This document shows positions 6,439-16,242 of a DNA stretch of 64,000 bases, piece by piece. The DNA lies in NCBI GenBank assembly GCA_007121015.1, contig SKMN01000028.1:23653-87652 (forward strand), in the 5' to 3' direction. Position 1 is the stretch's first letter; each line of letters begins with the position of its first letter. This DNA comes from Coriobacteriia bacterium. GTDB taxonomy: Bacteria; Actinomycetota; Coriobacteriia; Anaerosomatales; SLCP01. Position numbers and translations under genes: made by a program. The notes beneath the pieces are model-generated. The model saw only the letters and a program-made list of their open reading frames with translations, was not told where the DNA came from and did not search any database.

Positions 6439-9400
6439 GTGTCAAACGAGCGCACTCACGTGCCAGCCGCGAGAGACGGCGTCGAAGAGCCTCTCAGGCG
6501 CGAACTGTTGAGCCCTGCCCGCGCTTCCCGCAGGGCCCGCGAGCTCGCCACCTCCCAGCGCTGGGAGGTGGCCCCTCCTTCCGAGGGTACGCCCCTGCTG
6601 TCGCTTCTCGAGTCGATCGCGTCCGACCTCGAAGCCGACAACCGCACCCTCACCATCGCCATGCGCGAGGGCCTCCCCGTGCCAGCGGCCACCGAATGGC
6701 TACTCGACAACCACTACCTCGTCCAGGCACAGATCCGCGCGGTTCGAGCCGACCTGCCCGCGCACTACGGTGCGGAACTCCCTCGGCTCACCGAAGGACC
6801 GAACAGCGGTCTACCAAGAGTCTTCGAGATAGCCCTTGCAGTCGTGACCTATACCGACGCGCTCCTCGACGAGCACTTCATCGGCCGATTCCTCACCGGG
6901 TACCAAGAGGAGTCTCCGCTGACCATCGGCGAGGTGTGGGCCGTGCCGACCGTGCTCAGGATCGCCCTGGCCGAGAACCTGCGCCGCCTTTCGGCCAGGG
7001 TCGTCGAGGTGTACCGGGCGACGCTCGCTGCCGATGGGGCCGCCGAGCGTCTCTTGGTGACAGCGCAAGAGGACCCGCGCCGACTGGGGGACCTGCTTGA
7101 CGAACTCGAGACCACGACCGGCGGAGAGTCCTTCGCGTTCGTCGCGCGCCTGTCTCAGCGGCTCCAGGGCCGTGAGACCGGATCCGCATCCGTCAACGAG
7201 TTCGTGGGACGAGCACTCGGGCGCACCGGCCTGGACGTGGACACGCTCAACCATCGGCTCCAGCAGGAACAGGCCACCGACCAGGTCTCGATCGCGAACA
7301 CGATCACGTCACTGCGCTTCCTCGAAGCGCTCGACTGGAAGCGCTTCTTCGAGAACACCAGCGTCGTCGATCAGGTATTGCGCGAGGACCCGGCGGGCGT
7401 CTACCACCGCATGGACTTCGAGAGTCGTGACCGGTACCGTCAGGCGCTCGAGATGCTCGCCAAGCGCTCCCCGCTCGACGAGGTACAGGTCGCTAAGGCG
7501 ATCGTCGAGCTGGCATCGGGGCGCGTCGGCGAAGTGTCCGGGCACATCGGTCACTACCTGCTCGGCGAAGGGCGCCTCGAACTCGAGCATCACATCTCGT
7601 ACTCGCCGCGTGCCAGAGAACGGCTCCACCGTGGTCCGCTGCGTTTCAGGGGGCTCTACTACTGGGGCGCCCTCGCCATCACGACGGCTCTGTTCGTCTC
7701 GGTGTTCGGCGCCTACGCCTGGTCGGCCGGAGCGAGTCTTATCGCGATCGTAGCGCTGTCGGTCCTAGCCGTGACCCCGCTGAGCGAAGTGGCCCTGACG
7801 CTCGTGAACCGCCTGAGCGCACGGCTGTTCCCACCACGGATCCTGCCGCGCCTCGATTTCCGAGAGCCGATCGCCGAAGCGCACCGCACACTCGTCGTCA
7901 TCCCGGCGCTCTTGTCTTCGGTAGGGGCGGTCCGCAACGTCATCGACAACCTCGAGGTCGCCTACCTCGCGAACCGTGATGACAACATAGGTTTCGGTCT
8001 CCTCGGCGACCTGAGAGCCGCAGATACCCCGCATCGCGACGGTGACGACGAGATCATAGAGGTAGCCGAACGCGGGATCGCGAAGCTCAACGCGCGCTAC
8101 CAGACCGAGCACGGACGTCGCCCGTTCTTCCTCTTCCTTCGCGGTCGCACGTACAACGAAGTCGAGCAGACGTGGATGGGCTGGGAACGCAAGCGCGGCT
8201 CCCTCGTCGAGTTGAACCGCGTGTTGCGAGGCTCTCGGGAGGCGAGCTTCACCCACCGTGCGGGAGACGAATCGTTCCTGTCAGGAGTCACGTTCGTGCT
8301 CACGATCGACGCGGACACCCAGCTTCCGCGCGACACGGCCCGCAAGCTCATCTCCACGATCGCCCACCCCATGAACCGTGCGCGCTACGAGCCCAACGAC
8401 CCGCGCGTGACGAGCGGTTACGGTCTCATCCAGCCGAGGGTAAGCATGTCGCTGCCCGCGTCGGCGCGCTCGCTGTTCGCGTGGCTCCACTCGGGCCCGA
8501 CCGGGCTCGACCCGTACTCCGGCGCCGTGTCCGACACGTACCAGGACGTGTTCGGCGAAGGCAGCTTCACCGGCAAGGGCATCTATGAGGTCAACGTGTT
8601 CAATGCCGTCCTCGACGGTCGGATCCCGGAGAACACGATGCTCTCCCACGACCTCGTGGAAGGATGCTACCTGCGGGTCGGGCTCGCCTCGGACATCGAG
8701 GTCCTCGACGACTACCCGGCTACCTATCGGGCACACGCCGCCCGGCTGCACCGTTGGGTACGGGGAGACTGGCAGACCATCCCGTGGCTCCTGCCGAGCG
8801 TCCCCACTGAGCGGGGTCGCGAACCCAACCCCCTGTCCCGCCTGCATCGGTGGAAGATACTCGACAACCTGCGGCGAAGCCTCGTGCCATCCTCGCTACT
8901 GCTTCTGATGACCGTAGGCTGGGCCGCCCTGCCCGGTCAGGCGTGGGCGTGGCCGCTCGCCACGACACTCATCGTATTGTTCCCCGTGTACTTCTCGGCG
9001 GTCGACGGACTGCTCACCCGCTCTACCAACGTCCCGTTCCGCCGCAACGCACGCAGGGTGTGGCAGGAGTTCGGACGAGATGCCGCCCGGTCGCTGCTCG
9101 CGCTGTTACTCCTTCCGCATCAGACGGTCCAGATGCTCGACGCCTCCGTGCGGGCACTCTGGCGCATGTGGGTGAGCCGCACAGGCCTGCTCGAGTGGGA
9201 GACCGCCGCCGATGTCGAGCGTCGCCTCGGAGACGACCTCCGGGGCTTCGTCCGACGGCTCGGTCCCTCTGCTCTCCTCGGCGTGGCACTCCTCGTGCCA
9301 GGGTCGGTGACTACGCCCGAGCGGCTGTCTATCGCCATCCCGATCTCTCTTGCGTTCCTGGCGGGCCCGTTCGTCGCGTGGCGCGTGTCGCGTCCTCGAC

Positions 9401-12400
9401 CCGAGCGGGTACTCGAGATCGACAGGAGCGCGCGAGAACAGTTGCGGCGCACCGCGCGCTCGACGTGGTTCTTCTTCGAGACGTTCGTCGGTCCGGAAGG
9501 CAACTACCTTGCGCCCGACAACTACCAGGAAGACCCCAAGGGCGAAGTGGCGTACCGGACCTCCCCGACGAACATAGGGCTCCAGCTGATGGCCGGTCTT
9601 ACCGCGTACGACCTCGGCTACATCCCGCTGACGAGACTCGTCGAGCGCACGAGCGACACCCTCAACACCATGGCGGGCCTCAAGCGGTTCCGCGGCCACT
9701 TCTACAACTGGTACGACACCCGCACGCTCGAGCCTCTCCCGCCCCACTACATCTCGACGGTCGACAGCGGCAACCTCGCCGGAAACCTCCTCGTGCTCCG
9801 GATAGGCCTCCTCGAGGCTTCGGAGGCATCGATGATCGGGCCGCAGGTCACCAGCGGCCTCGCCGACACCGCGCGCATGGTGCGCGACGAGATCCACTCC
9901 TTACGCGGCCGGATAGGCCCCGACGACACCGCGAGCGAGCTGTACGATATCGTCGAAGAGCTGCGCCGGGATGCGCTGCTCGAGGAGCCTCCGCACAACC
10001 TCGGCGGGTGGCGCGCCGTGGTGGACCGATGGACCAGGATGGCGGCACGGGCCCAGTCCATGGTCGCGAGCCTCCACACCCTCGACGGTGCGGCCGGTGA
10101 CGACCCCGAGGCACCGTGCGTCGAGGGGCTTTCGGACCCGGCCGAGTGCCTACGCCGCCTCACCGAGCGCTTAGCGATCCACGTGCACGACCTGTCCGAG
10201 ACCCTCGAGCGGCTGGCCCCGTGGGCGCACCTCGTCGTCGATCCGCCACGGGCTTTGCCCTCGCACGGGCATACCGCATCTCTCGCGCCCATCATCGAAC
10301 ACATCCCGAGCCTCGTCGGACTCGCGGAGGGGCTTGCAGAGACCCTAGAGGGACTCGACGCCCTCGCCTCCGACCCACCGGACACCACCCCCGCCGAGCA
10401 GGCGGCCGTCTCGGAGTGGGCGCGTGCGGTCTCCGACGGGATCGTCGCGGCACGTCCGGCATGCGTCGAACTCCTCGCCCGACTCCGCCTCGATGCAAGC
10501 ATCGCCCGCGAGATGTGGGAGCACACCGACTTCACCATGCTCTTCGACGAACAGCGCCTTCTCTTCTCGATCGGATACAACACTGCCGAGGGGCACCTCG
10601 ACGGCTCCTACTACGACATGCTCGCTTCTGAGTGCCGCCTCGCGAGCTTCCTTGCCATCGCAAAAGGTGATGTGCCTCAGGAGCACTGGTTCCGCCTCGG
10701 CCGGCAGATCACCGCCGTGAACGGGAATCGGGCGCTGCTGTCGTGGAGCGCCTCGATGTTCGAATACCTCATGCCGCTACTCGTCATGCGCTCGTGGCCG
10801 ATGACGCTACTGGACGAGACGTACGCCGCCATCGTCGCCCGGCAGATCTCCTACGGACGCGAGCTCGGGGTCCCGTGGGGGGTCTCCGAGAGCGCCTTCA
10901 ACGTCAAGGACGCAGACCTCACCTACCAGTACCAGGCGTTCGGGGTTCCGGGGCTCGGACTCAAGCGCGGTCTTTCCGAGGACATCGTCGTCGCACCGTA
11001 CGCCTGCATCCTCGCACTGCCGATCGTCCCGAGCAGCGCGGTCGCGAATCTCACCGAGCTCGAGGCGATAGGCGCTCGCGGGCGGTTCGGGTTCTACGAG
11101 GCGATCGACTTCACCCCCGGGCGGGTACCCGCCGGCAAGCGCCGGGCGATCGTGCGCGCGTACATGGCGCACCATCAGGGGATGAGTCTCGTCGCTATCG
11201 GGAACACGCTGACCGGTGAACGGATGCAGGAACGGTTCCACGCCGATCCCATGGTCACCTCGGCGGAACTGTTGCTGCAGGAGCGCGTACCCCGGGCCGT
11301 CGAGCTGGCGACACCGCACGTCGAGGAGGTCGAGCAAGTCCGCTCGGTGCGCGAACTCCCCGTTCCGGCGAACCGTTCGTACCCGACCGCCGACACGCCC
11401 GTACCCGCGACCCACTTCCTGTCCAACGGCCGCTACTCCGTCATGGTCACGAACGGGGGTGGCGGCTACAGCACGTGTGGCGGACTTGCCGTCACGCGCT
11501 ACCGCGAAGACGTCACCCGCGACTCGTGGGGGCACTTCTTCTTCGTCCGGGACACGGAAAGCGGCGAAGTCTGGTCGGCGACCCGCAACCCGACGCCGGT
11601 GGAACCCGACCACTACCGGGTGACGTTCTCTGCGGACAAGGCAGAGTTCCAGCGTACCGATGGTGACATCGAGGTCGCCACCGAGGTCGCCGTCTCCCCC
11701 GAGGACGACGTCGAGGTGCGCCGGCTCACGGTGGCGAACCGTGGCACCTCCTCCCGCACCCTCGATGTCACGAGCTACTTCGAGATCGCGCTCACCGACC
11801 AGGCTGCCGATCAGGCCCACCGCTCCTTCTCCAACCTGTTCGTCGAGACCGAGGCCGTGCCGGACGCGTGCGGCATCCTCTTCTCGCGACGCCCCCGCTC
11901 TTCCGCCGAGGAACGCTACTGGGGCTTCCACGTACTCGGAGGTGACCTGGCCGAGGAGTGCGACTGGTCGTTCGAGACCGATCGGGCACGCTTCCTGGGC
12001 CGGCTTCGCGGCGTGGACTCTCCCGTCGCGCTCGACCCGGGAGCAGCGCTCACCGGTACGGTCGGAGCCGTCCTCGACCCGGCCTGTGCGATCCGGCAGT
12101 CGGTGACCCTCGAGGCCGGAGAGAGCGCGCGTCTCGTATTCGTGACCGGTGTCGCGTCCGTGCGCGACGACGCTCTCGAGCTCGCAGAACGGTACCATGA
12201 CGTGCGAGCGGCCCAGCGGGCGATCGACCTGTCGTGGACGGCGTCGCAGATCGAGCTGCGCGATCTCGGCATCGGCTCGGGCGAAGCCGTCACCCTCCAG
12301 CGCCTCGCCTCCCGCCTCTTGCTCACGGACCCGCACTCGGCTCTCAAGGTGGTCACGCCTGTGGAGAACGGGCTGCCGATATCGGCGCTGTGGTCGCTCG

Positions 12401-15249
12401 GCATCTCCGGGGACATGCCGATCCTGCTGGTACAAGTCGATGAGCTGGAGCACGCGCCGCTGGTGCGGCAGGCGCTTCTCGCCCACCAGTACTGGCGTCA
12501 CAAGGGCCTCGTCGCCGACCTCGTGATACTCAACACGCGGCCGTCGGCGTACAGCGACGAGCTCGACGACCGCCTCAAGCTGCTCGTGCGCACCGGGCAC
12601 GCGATGCAGCTCGTGGACAAGCCCGGGGGCGTGTTCCTCAGGCGAGCAGACCACATGCACCCCGACGTGCTCAACCTCCTCATCACCGTCGCCCGTGCCG
12701 TCCTTGACGGTAATGGGGGCCCGCTCGAGCTACAGCTCAACCAGCGCTCCATTCACCCTACCGACCCCCCGGCGCTCCCGGTGGTGCGCGAGCCGGGGTC
12801 CTACCCCGCTCCCGCGTTCGAGCGACCCGCCCTCGTGCACGACAACGGGTACGGTGGGTTCGACCCGGACACCGGCGAGTACGTGATCGTGCTCGAGGGC
12901 CCCTCGGCCACCCCTGCACCGTGGATCAACGTGATGGCGTCCCCGCACTTCGGCTGCATGGTGTCAGAAGCCGGCATCGGGTGCACGTGGGCGGAGAACA
13001 GCCACGAGAACCGCATCACGACGTGGAACAACGACCCGGTCTCCGACGGGTCGGGCGAGGTCATCTACGTGAGAGACGAGGAGACGGGCGAGGTCTGGAG
13101 TCCCACACCGCTTCCGTGCCGCTCCGACGAACCGCACGTGATCCGCCACGGATTCGGCTACTCGCGCTTCGAGCACACCACCCACGGCGTAGCCCACGAA
13201 CTCGACTGGTTCGTGCCCGAAGACGACCCGGTCCGTGTCGTGCGCCTCCGTCTCACGAACCTCACCGACCGGAGACGGGCGCTCTCCGTCACCCAGTTCG
13301 TGGAGTGGGTCCTCGGCTCGTCGCGCAGCAAGGCCCAACACCTCGTGGTCACCTGGTACGACGCCGAACACGAGATACTCACCGCGCACAACCACTACAA
13401 CCCCGACTTCCCCGGCCGCGCGGCGTTCCTCGCCTCCGACCGCCCGCTCTTCTCGTGGACCGCGAGCCGGACCGAGTTCGTCGGCCGCAACGGTCACCCT
13501 TCGCGGCCCGCAGCGCTGCGCCGCGAGCACCTGCACGGCCGCTCAGGCAGGTTCCACGACAACTGCGGCGCGATGATGGTGCGCGTCGACCTGGAGGCGG
13601 GCGCGAGCGAGGAGATCGTCTTCCTCCTCGGCCAGACTGACACGATCGATGCCACGCGCGAGATCGTCGCGCGCTACCGCATCCCCGGCTCGGCCGAGGC
13701 CGCCCTCGACGCCGCCCGCTCCGGGTGGGACCGGCTACTCGCGACGGTGGACGTCCGCACCCCCGATCCCGAGCTCGACGCACTCGTCAACGGCCGCCTG
13801 CTCTACCAGGCGCTCGCGTGCCGGCTGTGGGGGCGCACCGCGACGTATCAATCCTCCGGCGCGTTCGGCTTCCGCGACCAGCTCCAAGACACCCTCTGCC
13901 TCATCTACTCGCGCCCCGATCTCGTGCGCGCTCAGATCGTCGAGGCCTCGCGTCACCAGTTCCCCGAAGGCGACGTCTTGCACTGGTGGCAGCCGGTCTC
14001 CGGCCGAGGGGTGCGCACCCACATCACCGACGACCGCCACTGGATGGCGTTCGTGTGCGCCGAGTACGTGCGGACCACCGGCGATACGGACGTGCTCGAC
14101 GTCCGCACGCCGTTCATCGACGCACCCGCGGTCGACGAGGGTGCCGAAGACGCCTACGTGGTGCCCACCGTCACCGAAGAGGCGGTCACCGTGTATGAGC
14201 ACTGTGTCGCGGCACTCGAGACATCGTTCGCCGTAGGCGAGCACGGACTCCCGCTCATCGGCGGGGGGGACTGGAACGACGGCATGAACCGCGTGGGACA
14301 CGAAGGCCGAGGCGAGAGCGTGTGGATGGCGTGGTTCCTCGACGTCGTGCTCCGCGGGTTCGCGCCCCTGTGCGAGCTGCGCGGGGAGTCCGAGCGGGCC
14401 GAGCGCTACCGCGCCCACGCGCGCGCGCTCGTCGACGCTGCCGAGGAGGCCGGCTGGGACGGGGGCTGGTACCGGCGCGCGTACTTCGACGACGGCACGC
14501 CGCTCGGCACGAAGGATGCCGAGGAGTGCCGTATCGACGCGATCGCTCAGGCGTGGGCGGTCATCTCCGGCGAGGGCGACGCGATCCGGGCTGCGCGCGC
14601 TCTCGACGCGGTCGAGGACAAGCTGGTGCGACGGGAGGATGAGCTCATCGCGCTGCTCACGCCTCCGTTCGACCGCATGGAACACGATCCCGGCTACATC
14701 AAAGGCTACGTCCCCGGCGTGCGCGAGAACGGTGGCCAGTATACGCACGCGGCGCTCTGGGTCGTCCTCGCCCACCTCTTGCGCGGCGACGGAGACGAGG
14801 CACTCTCCCTCATCGACCTCATCAACCCGGTCAACCATGCGCGCACCACCGAGGATGCAGATACCTACCGGGTCGAACCGTACGTGGTCGCCGCCGACGT
14901 CTACGCTGTCGAACCACACGTCGGTCGCGGCGGCTGGACATGGTACACCGGCTCGGCATCGTGGTTCTATCGCGTCGCCGTCGAGTACCTCCTCGGCCTG
15001 AAGCTCGTCGCGGTCGACGGGAAGCGCCACTTCACGGTCGACCCATGCATCTCGAAGCAGTGGCCCGGCTTCGAACTCACATACCGCTACGGAGAAGCGA
15101 CGTTCCGGGTGACGGTGGAGAACCCGCGCGGCATCAACCGTGGCGTCGCACGCGTCGAGCTCGACGGCGAACCCGTCACGGACGGGCTCATAGCGCTCGA
15201 CGGGGCTGTCGGCGAACACGACGTCCGGGTCGTGCTCCTCGGCGGGTGA
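6439..15249 (+). CDS. cgs: Cyclic beta-1,2-glucan synthase-like protein (GT84 glycosyltransferase + GH94 glucan phosphorylase domains), ~2,936 aa
   Basis: Hallmark Cgs/NdvB/ChvB motifs are present: …ATEWLLDNHYLVQAQIR…, …LTIDADTQLPRD…, …FTGKGIYEVNVF…LSHDLVEG…. The C-terminal GH94-type …PLIGGGDWNDGMNRVG…ENGGQYTHAALW… is also present. Start re-placed at GTG 6439, 7 nt after RBS GGAGGGAG. The track ORF start at 5914 lies antisense to the neighbouring gene. Confidence 0.85.
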   Translation: MSNERTHVPAARDGVEEPLRRELLSPARASRRARELATSQRWEVAPPSEGTPLLSLLESIASDLEADNRTLTIAMREGLPVPAATEWLLDNHYLVQAQIRAVRADLPAHYGAELPRLTEGPNSGLPRVFEIALAVVTYTDALLDEHFIGRFLTGYQEESPLTIGEVWAVPTVLRIALAENLRRLSARVVEVYRATLAADGAAERLLVTAQEDPRRLGDLLDELETTTGGESFAFVARLSQRLQGRETGSASVNEFVGRALGRTGLDVDTLNHRLQQEQATDQVSIANTITSLRFLEALDWKRFFENTSVVDQVLREDPAGVYHRMDFESRDRYRQALEMLAKRSPLDEVQVAKAIVELASGRVGEVSGHIGHYLLGEGRLELEHHISYSPRARERLHRGPLRFRGLYYWGALAITTALFVSVFGAYAWSAGASLIAIVALSVLAVTPLSEVALTLVNRLSARLFPPRILPRLDFREPIAEAHRTLVVIPALLSSVGAVRNVIDNLEVAYLANRDDNIGFGLLGDLRAADTPHRDGDDEIIEVAERGIAKLNARYQTEHGRRPFFLFLRGRTYNEVEQTWMGWERKRGSLVELNRVLRGSREASFTHRAGDESFLSGVTFVLTIDADTQLPRDTARKLISTIAHPMNRARYEPNDPRVTSGYGLIQPRVSMSLPASARSLFAWLHSGPTGLDPYSGAVSDTYQDVFGEGSFTGKGIYEVNVFNAVLDGRIPENTMLSHDLVEGCYLRVGLASDIEVLDDYPATYRAHAARLHRWVRGDWQTIPWLLPSVPTERGREPNPLSRLHRWKILDNLRRSLVPSSLLLLMTVGWAALPGQAWAWPLATTLIVLFPVYFSAVDGLLTRSTNVPFRRNARRVWQEFGRDAARSLLALLLLPHQTVQMLDASVRALWRMWVSRTGLLEWETAADVERRLGDDLRGFVRRLGPSALLGVALLVPGSVTTPERLSIAIPISLAFLAGPFVAWRVSRPRPERVLEIDRSAREQLRRTARSTWFFFETFVGPEGNYLAPDNYQEDPKGEVAYRTSPTNIGLQLMAGLTAYDLGYIPLTRLVERTSDTLNTMAGLKRFRGHFYNWYDTRTLEPLPPHYISTVDSGNLAGNLLVLRIGLLEASEASMIGPQVTSGLADTARMVRDEIHSLRGRIGPDDTASELYDIVEELRRDALLEEPPHNLGGWRAVVDRWTRMAARAQSMVASLHTLDGAAGDDPEAPCVEGLSDPAECLRRLTERLAIHVHDLSETLERLAPWAHLVVDPPRALPSHGHTASLAPIIEHIPSLVGLAEGLAETLEGLDALASDPPDTTPAEQAAVSEWARAVSDGIVAARPACVELLARLRLDASIAREMWEHTDFTMLFDEQRLLFSIGYNTAEGHLDGSYYDMLASECRLASFLAIAKGDVPQEHWFRLGRQITAVNGNRALLSWSASMFEYLMPLLVMRSWPMTLLDETYAAIVARQISYGRELGVPWGVSESAFNVKDADLTYQYQAFGVPGLGLKRGLSEDIVVAPYACILALPIVPSSAVANLTELEAIGARGRFGFYEAIDFTPGRVPAGKRRAIVRAYMAHHQGMSLVAIGNTLTGERMQERFHADPMVTSAELLLQERVPRAVELATPHVEEVEQVRSVRELPVPANRSYPTADTPVPATHFLSNGRYSVMVTNGGGGYSTCGGLAVTRYREDVTRDSWGHFFFVRDTESGEVWSATRNPTPVEPDHYRVTFSADKAEFQRTDGDIEVATEVAVSPEDDVEVRRLTVANRGTSSRTLDVTSYFEIALTDQAADQAHRSFSNLFVETEAVPDACGILFSRRPRSSAEERYWGFHVLGGDLAEECDWSFETDRARFLGRLRGVDSPVALDPGAALTGTVGAVLDPACAIRQSVTLEAGESARLVFVTGVASVRDDALELAERYHDVRAAQRAIDLSWTASQIELRDLGIGSGEAVTLQRLASRLLLTDPHSALKVVTPVENGLPISALWSLGISGDMPILLVQVDELEHAPLVRQALLAHQYWRHKGLVADLVILNTRPSAYSDELDDRLKLLVRTGHAMQLVDKPGGVFLRRADHMHPDVLNLLITVARAVLDGNGGPLELQLNQRSIHPTDPPALPVVREPGSYPAPAFERPALVHDNGYGGFDPDTGEYVIVLEGPSATPAPWINVMASPHFGCMVSEAGIGCTWAENSHENRITTWNNDPVSDGSGEVIYVRDEETGEVWSPTPLPCRSDEPHVIRHGFGYSRFEHTTHGVAHELDWFVPEDDPVRVVRLRLTNLTDRRRALSVTQFVEWVLGSSRSKAQHLVVTWYDAEHEILTAHNHYNPDFPGRAAFLASDRPLFSWTASRTEFVGRNGHPSRPAALRREHLHGRSGRFHDNCGAMMVRVDLEAGASEEIVFLLGQTDTIDATREIVARYRIPGSAEAALDAARSGWDRLLATVDVRTPDPELDALVNGRLLYQALACRLWGRTATYQSSGAFGFRDQLQDTLCLIYSRPDLVRAQIVEASRHQFPEGDVLHWWQPVSGRGVRTHITDDRHWMAFVCAEYVRTTGDTDVLDVRTPFIDAPAVDEGAEDAYVVPTVTEEAVTVYEHCVAALETSFAVGEHGLPLIGGGDWNDGMNRVGHEGRGESVWMAWFLDVVLRGFAPLCELRGESERAERYRAHARALVDAAEEAGWDGGWYRRAYFDDGTPLGTKDAEECRIDAIAQAWAVISGEGDAIRAARALDAVEDKLVRREDELIALLTPPFDRMEHDPGYIKGYVPGVRENGGQYTHAALWVVLAHLLRGDGDEALSLIDLINPVNHARTTEDADTYRVEPYVVAADVYAVEPHVGRGGWTWYTGSASWFYRVAVEYLLGLKLVAVDGKRHFTVDPCISKQWPGFELTYRYGEATFRVTVENPRGINRGVARVELDGEPVTDGLIALDGAVGEHDVRVVLLGG

Positions 15250-15286
15250 CGCTATGGGAGCGCAGCGCGCGTGCGGCCACTGGCTC

Positions 15287-16105
15287 TCATCGGCCCATCC
15301 ACCTGTCGTGGAAGAAGCGCATCACCCTCATCTCTCCGAACCACCTGCGCGCTGCGATGAGCGGACGCGCGTACGCCGAGATCGGATAGCGCAGGCGATC
15401 GCTCTCGTCGAGCACCGCGTCGCGGATCTCGCGCGCGGCGTCCCCGGGAGAGGTGCGCTTCCCGATGTTCGCCTCGAAGGCGATCATCGCCTCCACCGGC
15501 TTGCGATACGAAGCGCTCACCTGTTCGAGCACGCTCTCTCCCCGCATCGCCTTGTCGTAGATGGGCGTCTCGACGAAGCCGGGCTCCACAGCCTTGACGC
15601 GGATACCGAACGCCTTGAGTTCGTGCCACATCCCCTCCGAGAAGCCCTCGAGTGCGTGCTTCGAGGCGTTATAGGCGGCGAAGAACGGAAAGGCCATGCG
15701 CCCACCGAGAGAGGTCACGTTCACGATGAGGCCGCTACTACGCTCGCGCCACGCGGGCACGAGCCCCATCGCAAGGGCGACGGGCTCGAACACGTTGACG
15801 CGGAAGACCTCCTCTACCTCGGCTTGCGTCGCATCCTCGATAGGTCCGAACAGCAGGGTGGCGGCATTGTTGACGAGCACATCGGGCACGCCGTGGCGCT
15901 CGAGGACGCGGACGGCAAGGCGCTCGCCGGAGCCGGGCTCGGCGAAGTCCGCCTGTTCGATCCGCACGTCGCCGCCCCACTGATGGCCTTCGATGCGTTG
16001 CGGGTCGCGGACTGTTCCCACCACCGTCCAGCCTTCGCGTGCGAACAGTTCGGCCGTGGCCCGGCCGATACCCGACGAGACCCCGGTCACTACGATGAGC
16101 GACAC
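15287..16105 (-). CDS. Short-chain dehydrogenase/reductase (SDR) family oxidoreductase
   Basis: GTG 16105 preceded by GGAGG gives VSLIVVTGVSSGIGRATA… (TGxxxGIG), NNAA, and the YxxxK catalytic motif (AAYNASKHAL). 272 aa. Confidence 0.85.
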   Translation of the reverse strand: MSLIVVTGVSSGIGRATAELFAREGWTVVGTVRDPQRIEGHQWGGDVRIEQADFAEPGSGERLAVRVLERHGVPDVLVNNAATLLFGPIEDATQAEVEEVFRVNVFEPVALAMGLVPAWRERSSGLIVNVTSLGGRMAFPFFAAYNASKHALEGFSEGMWHELKAFGIRVKAVEPGFVETPIYDKAMRGESVLEQVSASYRKPVEAMIAFEANIGKRTSPGDAAREIRDAVLDESDRLRYPISAYARPLIAARRWFGEMRVMRFFHDRWMGR

Positions 16106-16242
16106 GCCTGACCTCCCCCGATGTCCGGGCACTCCGCCCGGTGGAACCTTTGGTTTCTGGGAACGAATATACCCGATAGGAAAACTCATATCCCGGCAAC
16201 GTTGACGTAGGGTGAACGGCGCAGGCAGCGCCGGGGAACGGG

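Noticed and set aside
10807-12660. Long antisense or out-of-frame ORFs: 117..1019, 972..2213, 10807..12660, 13735..15219, 16186..17493, 25463..26866, 27813..29756, 47051..48130, 50336..51430, 53441..54529, 55597..56865, 58289..59384, 61323..62561, 61720..63025 and many others
   Set aside because: All overlap well-supported genes on the other strand or in another frame. Their Arg/Pro/Gly/Ala-dominated translations have no recognisable motifs. These are typical shadow ORFs caused by stop-codon scarcity in high-GC DNA.
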